This document shows positions 1 through 12,200 of a stretch of 64,000 nt of DNA, one piece after another. The stretch covers positions 2,914,001 to 2,978,000 of the forward strand of contig JANJGN010000034.1 in assembly GCA_026770705.1 (NCBI GenBank), read 5' to 3'. The position numbers and the translations under genes are program-made. Within the stretch, counting starts at the first letter, position 1, and the number at the start of each line of letters is the position of its first letter. The stretch comes from Isurus oxyrinchus. Its lineage: Eukaryota. The notes beneath the pieces are model-generated. The model worked only from the letters and a program-made list of their open reading frames with translations, searched no databases and was not told the DNA's origin.

Positions 1-350
1 GCCCAGGAGAAGATTGGTATAATCAATTTCCTGGAGAGCAAAGACATTAAATGGATGAGGGTTTCATCAGAATGAGTTGAGGCAGGAGCACAGGAGAGTG
101 GTGTCACAAAGGGGAGAGGCTGCATCAATACTCTGGGTGAAGACAGTTATGGAGTCGAAGCTGAGCTCCTGGTCAAACCTGACGCCTAGTTTTCAAAAGG
201 CCCCGTGCAAGTGCATGAAGTTTTTCGGGAAAGGGATTGAATCCGGGACGAGGATGTGGGGAATGTTGAAAAGCAGAGCAAGTAACTTCAGTGGTCCGAA
301 TAATTAGGCAGAGAAAATTTCTCATTGTCGGCAGAGTTGGTTGAATGACA
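1..350 (-). mobile_element. Decayed L2-type LINE fragment
   Basis: Resembles by eye the antisense L2 copy around 42700-43000 in this window; heavily decayed. Confidence 0.45.
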
Positions 351-810
351 ATGCAAAGGCAGTTACCTAATTTTATTAATTTAGTTTAATTGTTTAAACT
401 CTAAAAGAGTTATAAAGGCAGTTATATTCGGAGTTCATCGTCCACCGGAGCTGGTTCCGGTTCAAACTCTTGATGCAACTGATTCTGTGTCACTAGGGGG
501 CAGATTGCAGATGATTCTTGGGGAACTTCCTTAGTTACTGGGCTAGCACAGGAAGAGAAGCTGTTGAAGAAGATTTCAATGTGGGGAGGTCGAGATTCGC
601 TTCTTGTCAATTTATTGAACTGAAGAAAATGTTACTATTTTCTCTCCCTTCTGCTTGCAACAGGATCACAATACACAGAGGAAAAGGCCAATAGAACTAC
701 AGGGACCATAGCTATGTTATTTCCCGTATTGAAATACGTAATCAAGTTTTTCCACTGACCTGCATCCTTAAGGACGAGTTTTAGATTTTCCAGCTCTGAA
801 AAATCAAGGA

Positions 811-1212
811 GTGGTCAGTTTGGTACTACCCTTGCCTCTGGGACAGTGCGTAATCGTTTCGATACCAAGTGAGAGACACAGATAGATATCTCTGTTCAAG
901 CAATCAGAATTGATAGAGTGATGCATTAATGACGGTGCCTTCTTTCAGATGAAAGGCTGAACAATGTTTCTGACTCAGATGGATACAAAAGGAGCACAGC
1001 CAGGAATTTAAAGCAAAGAGATCAATTGATGTACTGGGACAATCTATTACAAAAAAAAACAGTGAAACAAAGTAATTAATTCGTCCATTGTAGCTCATTC
1101 CTGCCTATGGAATGATGCTGTGCGCCAATTGGCTACTGCCACTCTGACTAAACTTCAACAACATTTATTTCGACATTTAATGACGTATTTGGCTCTTTAA
1201 AGTCGCTGCATA
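811..1212 (+). mobile_element. SacSINE1/DeuSINE-like SINE, decayed
   Basis: Head (ggtactacccttgcctctg), Deu-domain-like core (ggtgccttctttcagatga...tgctgtgcgccaattggct) and tail (ttggctctttaaagtcgct); similar to the copies at 3496-4570 and 6600-7010; family name from recalled consensus. Confidence 0.7.
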
Positions 1213-3196
1213 ACTACAAGTGCTTTAGTTATATGTAGAAATTCCAACATTTGGGTGTGGGGTGGGGCAGGATGCGGTGGTGGTGAGGAGGGTGTGAAGT
1301 TCTGGCTCGGGGAGACTGGGTATTTTGACAACAACTGATGAAAGAAAACAAGTTCTATGAATGTAAAACGACAGGCATATGAAGAAAAGTTTGCAACTTG
1401 CGGGACAGGCCAATTGCAGTTGCAATCAGGTGGTTGTTGCACAATCTGATTAATGCATCTCCTAGTGGGCCTTAATAAGACAAATGTTTCAACTAAAACT
1501 TATATTGTTTGTGGTTAATTAATAACTGAAATCAAAATGACAATGAAGACAATATTGTCAAGGATGAGCAAGGAAATGAACTATTTAGCCTAATGAATTG
1601 CTGTCAGGCTGTGCTACACAAGAGACAATCCAACACTCCACCATTTAGCTCTGTAGGTTTACTCTTATTTATCCTCTGTGTTCCTTTGGAGTGTCTCCAG
1701 AAATGCTACAATCGTTCCAGTGGTAGGACTTTAGATATTGTAACACCTGATTCGGTTAATAAGCCTCAGCTCATTACTTGATTAACTTATTGCATTCATT
1801 GATGACTTTTTTATCCGGGGGGCGGGGGGAGATGGTGGTGGGGGCTAGAGGGTAGGGGTTGGGGTGTAGTGGGGGGGGGAGGGGGTGAGGGGGTGCGATA
1901 AGCCTTGTTTTCAAACAGCCAGCAAGCAAATGCTTCTCTAGATAACCCCTGCCAAATGCTTTCATAACAAAAAGTGCTCTATTCCATTGACGCTCTGCCT
2001 TATTTCATCTGAGGAAGGAAGCCCTTTCCTGTTGAGACTTGCCTGATATATAATCACTTTCAGGTCTGGTGTTATGCTTTTATCAATGATGTACCACAGT
2101 GACCTTTTTCAAAGCCTTTGTTAATCTCCTTTCGGCCTATTCATTATTTGTGAATCTGAGGCAGAGTTTAATTTACACAATGCTGGGGAACGACTGATGG
2201 ACCTTCCTTTTCGCTCTGCATTTTCTGTCTTCTGTTCTACTGTATTGCTTGAAGTTTCCTAAAGCGAATTGACGTGAACACAGGTCACCTGTGTAGAGAT
2301 GGGAATGTGGCATCTGTGTGGAGATGGGGAGGTGGCCTCAATGTAGAGATGAGGGGGGCGGGGTGTTGGAATGTAACTTCTGTTCATCACAACAACTACC
2401 AGTTGAGGATAAGCAATCGATTATAAACTTCCCTTGACTTTGTTTCTCATTGGCCAAGGTAAATGAAAGGTGTATCATACGTCAGAAACGCAACGGGCTC
2501 CAGATTTTTCACTATTAGAATTTTACCTGTGATCTCCACTTTCAAAGGAGGTAGAAATCCCACTTGGATGGCAGTTCAAATATTTGTGATATCTTCCGCC
2601 TGAGATCCACTTTGTTTGACTTTGAACTGTCACACAATGCATGATGAACGTTGGAAGGCACACAGTAAATGGAATGTCCACTGACTGAGTTTAATGGATA
2701 ATTGGCTGCAGCTGAGAAGTAGAACCTCAGGCAATTCATAATTTTCTATTGGCAGCGGTAAAAAAAAACGGAATTATATTCTGGAATTCCCAGTTGTCTG
2801 TCTGTATGAAGGTTTACGGCCCTTTGACGAATGCAGAAATAAAGTAGACTTCTGTATACACATGGGCTAAATTAGGGGGGAATTGGGCAGGATGTGCAAT
2901 GCGCAGTTTTGTTTAATACCATCATTACCGCCAGGATATCCAAAACTACAGGAAAGAAAGTGTTTCCTCAGTTAAGAATAAATGCAGGTCTATATTTATC
3001 GAGCTTGAAAGTGGTTCTGGCCTGGAGACGATATCGCTACTGTCTCCCATTATACGTTAGGACTGAAGTTCAGCTCCATTATCGCCAATGGGAATAAAAC
3101 TGTGCGTATTATATAACTGATGCCGATATCATTATTGTTTGTCTCGCATTTCCCACCAATGTCCAATGTGACGATCAAACCTATACAAATTGTTAC

Positions 3197-3223
3197 CTTT
3201 CTCTTTCCTGATAAACTTTTGTT
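3197..3223 (-). CDS. Micro-exon B7 (27 nt): EQKFIRKEK
   Basis: attttcgtctccttccag|AACAAAAGTTTATCAGGAAAGAGAAAG|gtaaca. Confidence 0.9.
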
Positions 3224-6200
3224 CTGGAAGGAGACGAAAATTTAAGATTTATTGTTCAGAGCAGAAGCTGAAGATCAGTTTCAACGAGGAGCATGGACGA
3301 ATGATTTGCACCAGTTCAGCATAACTGGAAATGCATTGAATGCTCAAATGCTTTGTCGTTCCATGTGTGCATTATAAAGAAAGCACCATTTATTTCATGC
3401 GGTTTCGAAGAAAATAAAAGACCCAGTGGAAGGAATATTTAAATGAACCGTCGGATTTTAGCATTTGTGACACTACTGCCGATTTTTCTTCCTATCAGTA
3501 GGGGGCACTACCGACTCTGAACCAGGAGATAAAAACTTTAGGTCGTGAGCTCCCTCCCCCATCCCCACCCACTTTCTGTTTCCCCCTTTTTTCCCCCAAT
3601 AAATTATATAGATTTTTCTTTTCCCACCTATTTCCATTATTTTTAAATATTTTAAAATCTTTTATGCTCCCTCCACCCCCACTAGAGCTGTACCTTGAGT
3701 GCCCTACCATCCATTCTTAATTAACACATTCGTTTAGATAATATCTCCAACTTTAACTTTAACACCGAGTTAAAGACAAAGAAAACTGCGGATGCTGGAA
3801 ATCCAAAACAAAAACAGAATTACCTGGAAAAACTCAGCAGGTCTGGCAGCATCGGCGGAGAAGAAAAGAGTTGACATTTTGAGTCCTCATGACCCTTCGA
3901 CAGAATTTTAACACCTATGTGTTCTATTGTACCATTGTCGCTGACATCTTTTGATGATCTGCTTCTATCACTGCTTGTTTGTCCACACAACCACACCCCC
4001 CCCTCTCTCTATCTCTCTGCCCCCCACACACACACACCTTAAACCAACGTATATTTCAACTCTTTCTTGGACTCAAAATCAAGTTCTGTCGAAGGGTCAT
4101 GAGGACTCGAAACGTCAACTCTTTTCTTCTCTGCCGATGCTGCCAGACCTGCTGAGTTTTTCCAGGTAATTCTGTTTTTGTTCTGAACCAGGAGATGTTG
4201 GTTATCACTCCTATTCCACAGAACTTCAGGACATAATACAAATTGACGTCCCTGGCATCAGTAATTAATTATGGAAGCTCTGACTTTTCAGTGAGATATC
4301 AAACGAGGTCCTGTCGGCCTTCTCAGCAGGAAGTGAATGACCCCATAACAATATTAGAAAATTCATGGCACATCCCCTTTCTGTCGTGGTTAACACTTAT
4401 CGCTCGACAAATATTAGCATTGAAACAGATTAACACCGCTAAGAATCTTATTGCTTTTATAGGCCATTGTTGTGTATTTCAATAGAGAATGCAGCTCAAA
4501 CTTACGCAGTTGACTCTGAAGCATTTTGGACGTCCGGAAAGATGCACCGTCAATGTAAGAGCGTTATTTATTTAAGCTGTTATCTTTAGATTTTGTCATT
4601 TTCAGTGCGGATTGTTATGGCAATTTAAAGTAATGACCATTCAGTACGCACTTAGAATACGGTGCGGTGCATGAGGGCCCGTTTTGTTCGGCGAATTTTA
4701 ATTACCATGTAACATTTTCTGCAGAAATAGATATCTCAAGGACCATCCTTCTTTTGAAAGCATAATATGGTTATGCAATTGTGCAGACTTAAAATTAGCA
4801 TACAAAATTTCCACTGTCTTCGTGAAAGCCTTAATTCTTCAGTTCAGTGACCACTGATTGTATGGACAGATAAATGCATTACTATCACAAAATTAACATA
4901 ATATAAAGTCGTGCTAGATCCAGTGTTGACCCAACATTCTGTCCATTACCAAAAGTAACTACCAACCATATGCTATATCGCATCTCTATTCTTCGGGTAC
5001 AGAAAATGCTTCTCAATGTGTTACCTGCTTTTTCCTGATTATCATGCGTTATGACCCAACTTTTGGTTTAGCCAACATCTGGAAACACATTTTTCTCTGG
5101 CTATACTATCGAATTGGTACATACTTAAAAGAAAAACTCTATCCGGTGACTTAAACAACTCTATCCGGTCACTTGTAATTGTTTGTTCGTGGGTCATATT
5201 ATTTCAGATGAATGGTGTCGACGCCGTTGGTGATTTTGAATTAATTTATTAAAAAGGATTTTAGATATTCTGCATACGCTAAAACACATACGAGCTGTAC
5301 TAGTGAGAGCAGATTATGGGTGCCGGCTGGATGTATTGTTGGGAGAAGCAGTGGAATGCTGATCTCCATGGTTGGCAGTTCACTAGTCCCAGGCCTGACA
5401 AACGGAAGAATGAAACTAATCTTAATAGCTGGACTTCTGAATCTCTTGTGTTTATTTGGTTTTACTGAGATACCCAACATGCTAAGTAGGAGCCAGCATT
5501 GTTACATCTCGAGAGGACATTCCGTGCCCGAGGAGATCTTTTCTCTTCTTGAAAGCCAGTTTGTATACTTGATTTCAGATGGTGTTAAGCCCAGCGCAGA
5601 GTCAAATGTTCAATTAGAAAAGGATAGATATTCAAGGCATCCCCTCCCATTTCTGTTGTCTTGCGGCTCGTCACTTACTAAACATCCAGTTTAATTCTTA
5701 TTCATACGGCTGGTATGGGCCATAGGAACACCCCATTGTGAGGTCTTAGAAAGTCATGTTTTAAACCCTGTGCGACAGCAATAACGGCCGATTTTGTCCT
5801 TTGTTTGTGAACACATGATGTTTTCTTCAGGTATGTGTGTGTGAGAGAGAGAGAAAGAGAGAGAAATAGAGAGAGAGAGAGAGGGAGAAATGCCAACACT
5901 TTCCAATAAGTTTCTTAAGATTTTTAAAAGGCTTACACAATACCCATCCTTCTCTTTCCCAGAAAGCATGCCTTCATCATTTCAGATTGGTATAAGTTTG
6001 CGGTGCTGATATAATCTTTCTGACATTTTAATCCATTCCCACTGCCTCTCACCCTATTTATGCTATGCTGAATATTACATCATACTTGACGTGTCCTCTA
6101 ATAAGGTTTCCTTTCAAATGCAAGATAGATTTTCTATTTTATATCCTCACAAATTCACTCCAGCTCTTTGTTTCCATTGATGTGAAATTTATAATCTGTT

Positions 6201-9200
6201 CTTCTCCTATTAACCGATTTCCGAGTCTGGACAATTGGACGCTTTAGCCGTCGACAACAGGCAGCTTTAAGGGATATTTGGGAAGTGTTTAGTTTCCATC
6301 AAAATGTAACACGTTACATTTAATTATGCTCAGATAAGTTTCAATCTGCCTGTTCAGCAGATGCATTAAGGTCTTCAAATATGTTGTTTCATTCTCCCTC
6401 TGATTAACTGCTCACCAAACTTGCATTCGTCGATAAATTTCGAAGTGGTGCGTCTGTACACGGAGTACGTACTTTTTATGGAAATGCAGAATAATAGTGT
6501 TTGAATTCCCCGACACTTGTGAACACCACTTCTGAATATTTTAAAAATATTTTTCAATAGGTGCTTTTTGATCCATTTGCTTCTCTAATCCACTGATGCA
6601 CTTTAAAGAAAGATTGCATTTCTATAGCACATTTCCTGTCCTCTCGAGATCTCAAAACGCTTTACATTCAAGGAAGTATTTTTGAAGTGAATTCACTTAT
6701 GTAAATTAGGATGCACGGCAGATATTTACACACAGGAAGGCTCATTCTAAAAAGGGTTTGTGTTAAGAATCAGTTAATCTCTTATTGTGATGGTGATTGA
6801 GAGATGGTGATGAATCAAGACACCAGGTACAACTCCACTGCCATTCTTTAAAGTAGTGCCATGAAATAGTTTAACTCCACCTGAGAAGGCAGATGGGGCA
6901 TTGGTTTAAGGTCTTACATAATGCATCACATCGTGCTTGGATCAGCACTCTCTCAGCACCGCATTCTGCTATCACCTTTCGTTTTTTACTGGTTAAATCT
7001 CTGGAATGGAGCCGTTCCTCAATATGCTTTGAGTCAGAGGAAAAAAACATTCTTTCTTGCTGCCAATATATGTCACTTGAGGAATGTAGTTGACTTGACA
7101 CCAGATGGCTACATGATGATGGGAATATTAAATTGAATCTCTCAACATTACCCATCTGCATTATTGACCACCCTCGATGGACCATTCACAGAGGAACGCT
7201 ACCTTTCGGAATGAATGGAAGAGAAAACAAGATGTAAAATTAAATATTCCGATTAACCTGACATCATTAGCAACATCAATCTTAGGCAATGATATTCGAG
7301 GCTTGATAACAAGGCTCTTAGAATAACGTAATATTACACGGTAAAGTCAGCACGGGATTATGGCAGGGAGGCCTTGTTTGACAAATCATTTGGAGTTTTT
7401 GCGATTGCTACGAGTAACTCCGATAAGAGGGTAGCATTGGATTTAGAGTCTTGGAATTAAAAAAAAACAAAGCTTGATAAGGTGCTATTGGATGCTGTTC
7501 ATCAAAGTTGCAGTTAAAGTGATCGACCATACTACATTTGTATCTAGTGAGGGTTCTTAACTTTGAAAAGGGGCAGTGGGTATCATAGGTTATTTCACAG
7601 CTGACAGGGTGTAATTACGAAATATCAAGAGGACCATTGCATGTAAGTTACCTTTTAAAAGCTATATCAAGTATGTCGAATGAAGGACAAGTGTTCAATG
7701 TACTAAGAGTCTCTCAAAGCTTTGCACCAGTACCTAGTCTACCATTCCAAAATAAATCAAATTCCAGATTGAAATCCTGTCTGCAAACTGAGGGATGGAG
7801 AGCCGTCTCACCCCTAGGAGAGATTAGGATCCAAGTTCTGAATTTTTCCTCCACAGATCAATCTTCTTTCGAAGAATGCAAAAAGAGAGAGAGAAAAAAA
7901 AAACTGAGTATAATCAATATGAACACTCCAACGCCAAAAGATGAAACACAATTCTGTCAATGGTACAACATCCATGTCTAGTGTTAGGGAAAATTAAGCA
8001 GCAAAGATAGCTCATGATCTTATGGCGTTGAGACTGCTTGGGTACTTGACTTATCTATTTGCCTAGCCCCTGCCGCTTAACTACAGCAAAAGGTTATAAT
8101 ATTGTATGATATTCATGTGGTTCGGTGTAAGAAGCAGATGTCAGTGTCTAAATGTCAGACACAAAGCAACGCGAGACACTTATGGTTTATGCAGTTTTTC
8201 TCTGCAATATACATACATGACTGACCTAATTGCACAAACTCTATAAATTGCCTATGTCCACTCTTTAGTCCACCCTTGGGTGTTGGAGCAACTCTCAAGT
8301 AACTCCTATGTATATACTGCAATAAGATTTCTGAACGGGAGATGCAGACTCCGTGTGTAGATTCCACTGAACCTCCACAACATCTAGTGATAGAAATATG
8401 TAATATTTTACAGTCATGGGATGTGACCGGTGGTGGAAGGTATTTCCCTGTGAAAGTCGTCTTGAGCTAGCTTCTTGCACCGTTGCAGTCTGTGTTGTGA
8501 AATTAATGCAATTTTGCTGTTGCACCGGTAGTTCCAGGATTTTCCCCCATTGACAGTGAAAGGGGAGCGACATGTTTCCAAGTCAGAATGGAGAGAGACC
8601 TGGTGGGCGAGTTGTAGTTTCATCCCCCCATGCACTTCTTGTCCTTGTCCTTCTGGGTGGTAGATGTCAATGATATAGAAGTCGATGACATCTCTAATAT
8701 TCAAGAAAGCATGGAGATAAAATAAGAATCTATAAGACATCACTTATTGTCTTAGTGCTAAAACATATAGTTAATAATATAACATGTAGCTATGGCTTAT
8801 GTGGCTGGGATAATAGAATAGATTAATAGCAGGAATAGAGAGCCGGAGTAAATTGGTCATTTTCGTGTTTGGCAGCAGGAACTACCAAGAATAAGTGCTT
8901 GGACATCTGTAATTCATAAGCGTTAATGGCTGAAATAATGGACTAAGGACTATTTTTCCACGTTTGTTTATGATACAACGTTAGGTGGAAAAGAGCAGCT
9001 GTGAGGAAGAATGGAATAACATACACGTGATGTGGACAATTGAGTGAAGAACCAAACATGTGAATTATTGGACAGAACAAGGAGAAATGTGACCTAATCC
9101 ACTTAGGGCGGAATAGGAAACAAACCTATTTTTAAATGGTAAGAGACTGCGAAATGTTCATGTTCAATGGATTCTGTGTGTCCACGTACTCAAAGTACAG

Positions 9201-12200
9201 ACAAGTAACATGATGGCACAGAACGTAATTAGAAGAACAAATGTCATGTTAGTATTTAATCTAACAGGTTGGCGTATGTGAGTTAAGATGACCTATTGCA
9301 AATTTATAGGCTCATCATGAGGCACCACCAGGGGCGCTGTGCACACCCGGTTATTTTGCTGAGGATGAAGATATTTGCCTTGCACTGAGTGCAATGGAAG
9401 CTTGAAGGATTGAAAGATTTGATGGTGGGGTTATGTTTTGTGTGATATTAACTTTTTGACGAATAAGTAATGATTGCGTTGAAACACCTAAAATTCTTAA
9501 GGTAGATGCCGGGACAACATTTCTGCAATTCGGAGAGTCTATAATGGCAGATTATGGAATCAGAATAACAGGTAGGTCCTTCAGTTCAGATAAGAAAATG
9601 AACATGTTCCCTTAAATGCTTGCGAATGTTTCAAATTCTGTCCTACACAGATTTGTGAATGCTAAGTCCCAGAACATATTCATGGCTGGGATTAATATAT
9701 TTTTCAATGCTAAACAAAACAAGGGAAATGTGAGCCTTTTCAGAAAAGGTAGCAGTGCTCGCAGATCCGTATTGAGGGGCGGATCAGCTCGTTGGTTCCT
9801 ATTTCCTATGATCTTACGTTATCAAGTTTGTCAATATTCAATTAATTGTCCATCAACATAAATCTTATGCGTTTTGTTAATATCTTATTGCAATTTGCTG
9901 TAACCCTCATACTTTCAGTTTTCAAAACATTGGAATCCAAGAAGGGGATTAGCCTGCTCAGCTCCACATGCAAGTTATGCAGCAGACCGAAGCTAATGTG
10001 TATCCTAACTTTATCTACCCACTTTAATTCTGCAATACAAAATACATTTGACAAACTAATACCCAGAGTTGTCAGTTTTGTCATGTCTTCAACTGCATTT
10101 TCGCCAAGAACTTTGTGAGGGAATGCTTCCTAACATAACAGTTTTACACTCTATCTATAATCTTACGATTCTGTTGCATTGGTGTGGAATCACGCACAAG
10201 AATTTGAGAACATAAGAACAGAAGAAACAGGAACAGGAGTAGACCATTCAGCCACCGAACCTGCTCCGTAATTCATTAAGATCAAGGCTGAGCTTTGTTT
10301 CTTTTTCCACATTGCATCAACATCCGATAAGTTTTGGTTCTCTTGCTTGACAAGAATCTATCTACCTCTGCCTTATAATCTATTCAGTGACCCCGGCTCA
10401 ACGAGCTTCTGAGGCAGAGAGTTCCAAAGTCGCAAAGCCTTCTAAGAGAAAAAAAAATGTCCTCATCTCTGTCCTGAAAGTGCGACACCTAATTTTAAAA
10501 CAGTGCCCCCTAGTTCTGGACTCACCCACAAGAGGAAACAATCTTTTGGCGTCCACCTTGTCAAGGCCATTCAGGGTCTTGTATACGTCAATCAAATCGC
10601 CCCTCATTCCTCTAAACTCCAGCGGACACAAGGCTACTATGTCCAACCTTTCCTCATAAGACAACCCACTCAGTCCAGAAGTCAACCTAGTAAACGTCCT
10701 CTGAAAAGCCTCCAATACACTTACATCCTTCATAAATAAGGGGGCCAAAACAGCAGCCAATATTTGAGATGTGGTCTCAGCAATGCCCTGTATAACTGAA
10801 GCATAATATCCTTAATTTTATGTTAATAATCTTAAATGCCTAAAAGCTATCACTCCAAAATCTTTCATAACGAAGTGAATACAATCCTCATCTATGCTAC
10901 CTGTTGTTCTGATTTAACTCTTATATCCCGGATGCACTGCTGTGAATCGACACTGCTGCTCATGCAGGTGCAATATAATTCCCTGTTGTTCAGTTAAAAT
11001 ACAGTACTCCATGTGCTATCTCACCAGAGTTCTGTAAAGTTCCCTCGTATTTAAGGCTCTTTTATGTTACATTCATTTTTACAAAAAGGCCACTCTCCAA
11101 TTATAATGTCAAATGTGGTGCATACCTGCCCATTACATGTTAGTCATATCTGTACTTGGACGATTAAATCTCTCTGATCGCTCACTATTCCTAACTTCTA
11201 GCCAGTTATAAAGTTATCCAAGTCCTATTCCTTAGACCCAACGAGAATGATAGAATTTCCACAGTGAAACCCATCTCTCTGTTCTGCCCATTATACTTCA
11301 CATTTGACTTTTTCCTTTGCAACTTTTTTCAGGTACATTGTCCACTATGCCACAGAACTGTATCCTGTCAGCAAAGTTATGTTTGCATTTTACAAAACCT
11401 ATGGTTTTCATTGGAGGCTTTGTGGTGCATCAGGTAGAGTCCTTGCCATTGAGTGGGAAGCTTTAGCCCAATGCTGCACTCCAGGTCTTGAGTGGTGAGG
11501 AAAGGCCATTTATAATGTGGCTAAGAGAGGTGAATATCAACTTTTAACTCCTTTCAACACACGCCAATGGCAGATGATTAGAGCGAGAGAGGTTCCTACT
11601 CAGCCATGTGATGGAAAGTAATTAGAGCAGCTACATAGTTCCGGACTGCAACAAGCATGCACAAATGCATGTTGCAAAAGCAACTCTGTGTTATTGGGGT
11701 ACCGCTTTGCCTAGCTGTGAAATAGATTGTTGCGAACATGATTGGATCCATCCACGTTGCGGGCTGGCTCTAACTTTTAGACCTACCTGATGAGGCTTTG
11801 GGGAGGTGGTAACCTCAGGCAGAGAACTCAAGAGGCAGCACAAGGTTTCATCCTTCTAAAGAAGCAGATATGACATCGGCAAAAATCTGTGGCCCCAATA
11901 GTGATTATTAATTGACTTGATGTGTGATACTTTGCTAATATCAGTGCTCTCCTTAGAACTTTCTTCCATCTCCTAGCTGTTAAGTTATTCATTATTCCGT
12001 ATGTTGTCTCCTTAGTTGCCATTAAGTTCAGTAAACAGCATGCATAAATAATAGTCAAAGCAAAAACATGAGACATGATATGAAACATGGATCTCACTTA
12101 GATCACCACTTAGTCATACACGCTGAGGGGATACTACCATAATTTCAAATTTCAAGCCATGAATTGTTTCTGTCTCAAAATTAGCGGCTGCTATACACTT

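Noticed and set aside
422-619. Minus-strand ORF with acceptor ttttcttcag reading FNKLTRSESRPP...DDELRI* as a terminal exon
   Set aside because: It needs phase 0, while the array is phase 1 (that frame gives VQ*). A bridge through candidate exons 2929-2945 and 2177-2258 also ends out of phase. No recognisable domain.
2527-2562. 36-nt AG/GT segment (VGFLPPLKVEIT) where the next A exon would be expected
   Set aside because: Weak AAG acceptor without a pyrimidine tract, two prolines and no similarity to the A consensus. The next exon is probably outside the window.
5292-5392. Exon-like segment (PGTSELPTMEISIPLLLP...) with a good acceptor and gtatgt donor
   Set aside because: It has a stop in phase 1 and is open only in a phase incompatible with the flanking micro-exons.
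6416-6453. 38-nt segment with cag| and |gtgagc (RRTTSKFIDECKF)
   Set aside because: Not a multiple of 3, phase 2-1, no similarity to the repeat, and it would break the alternation.
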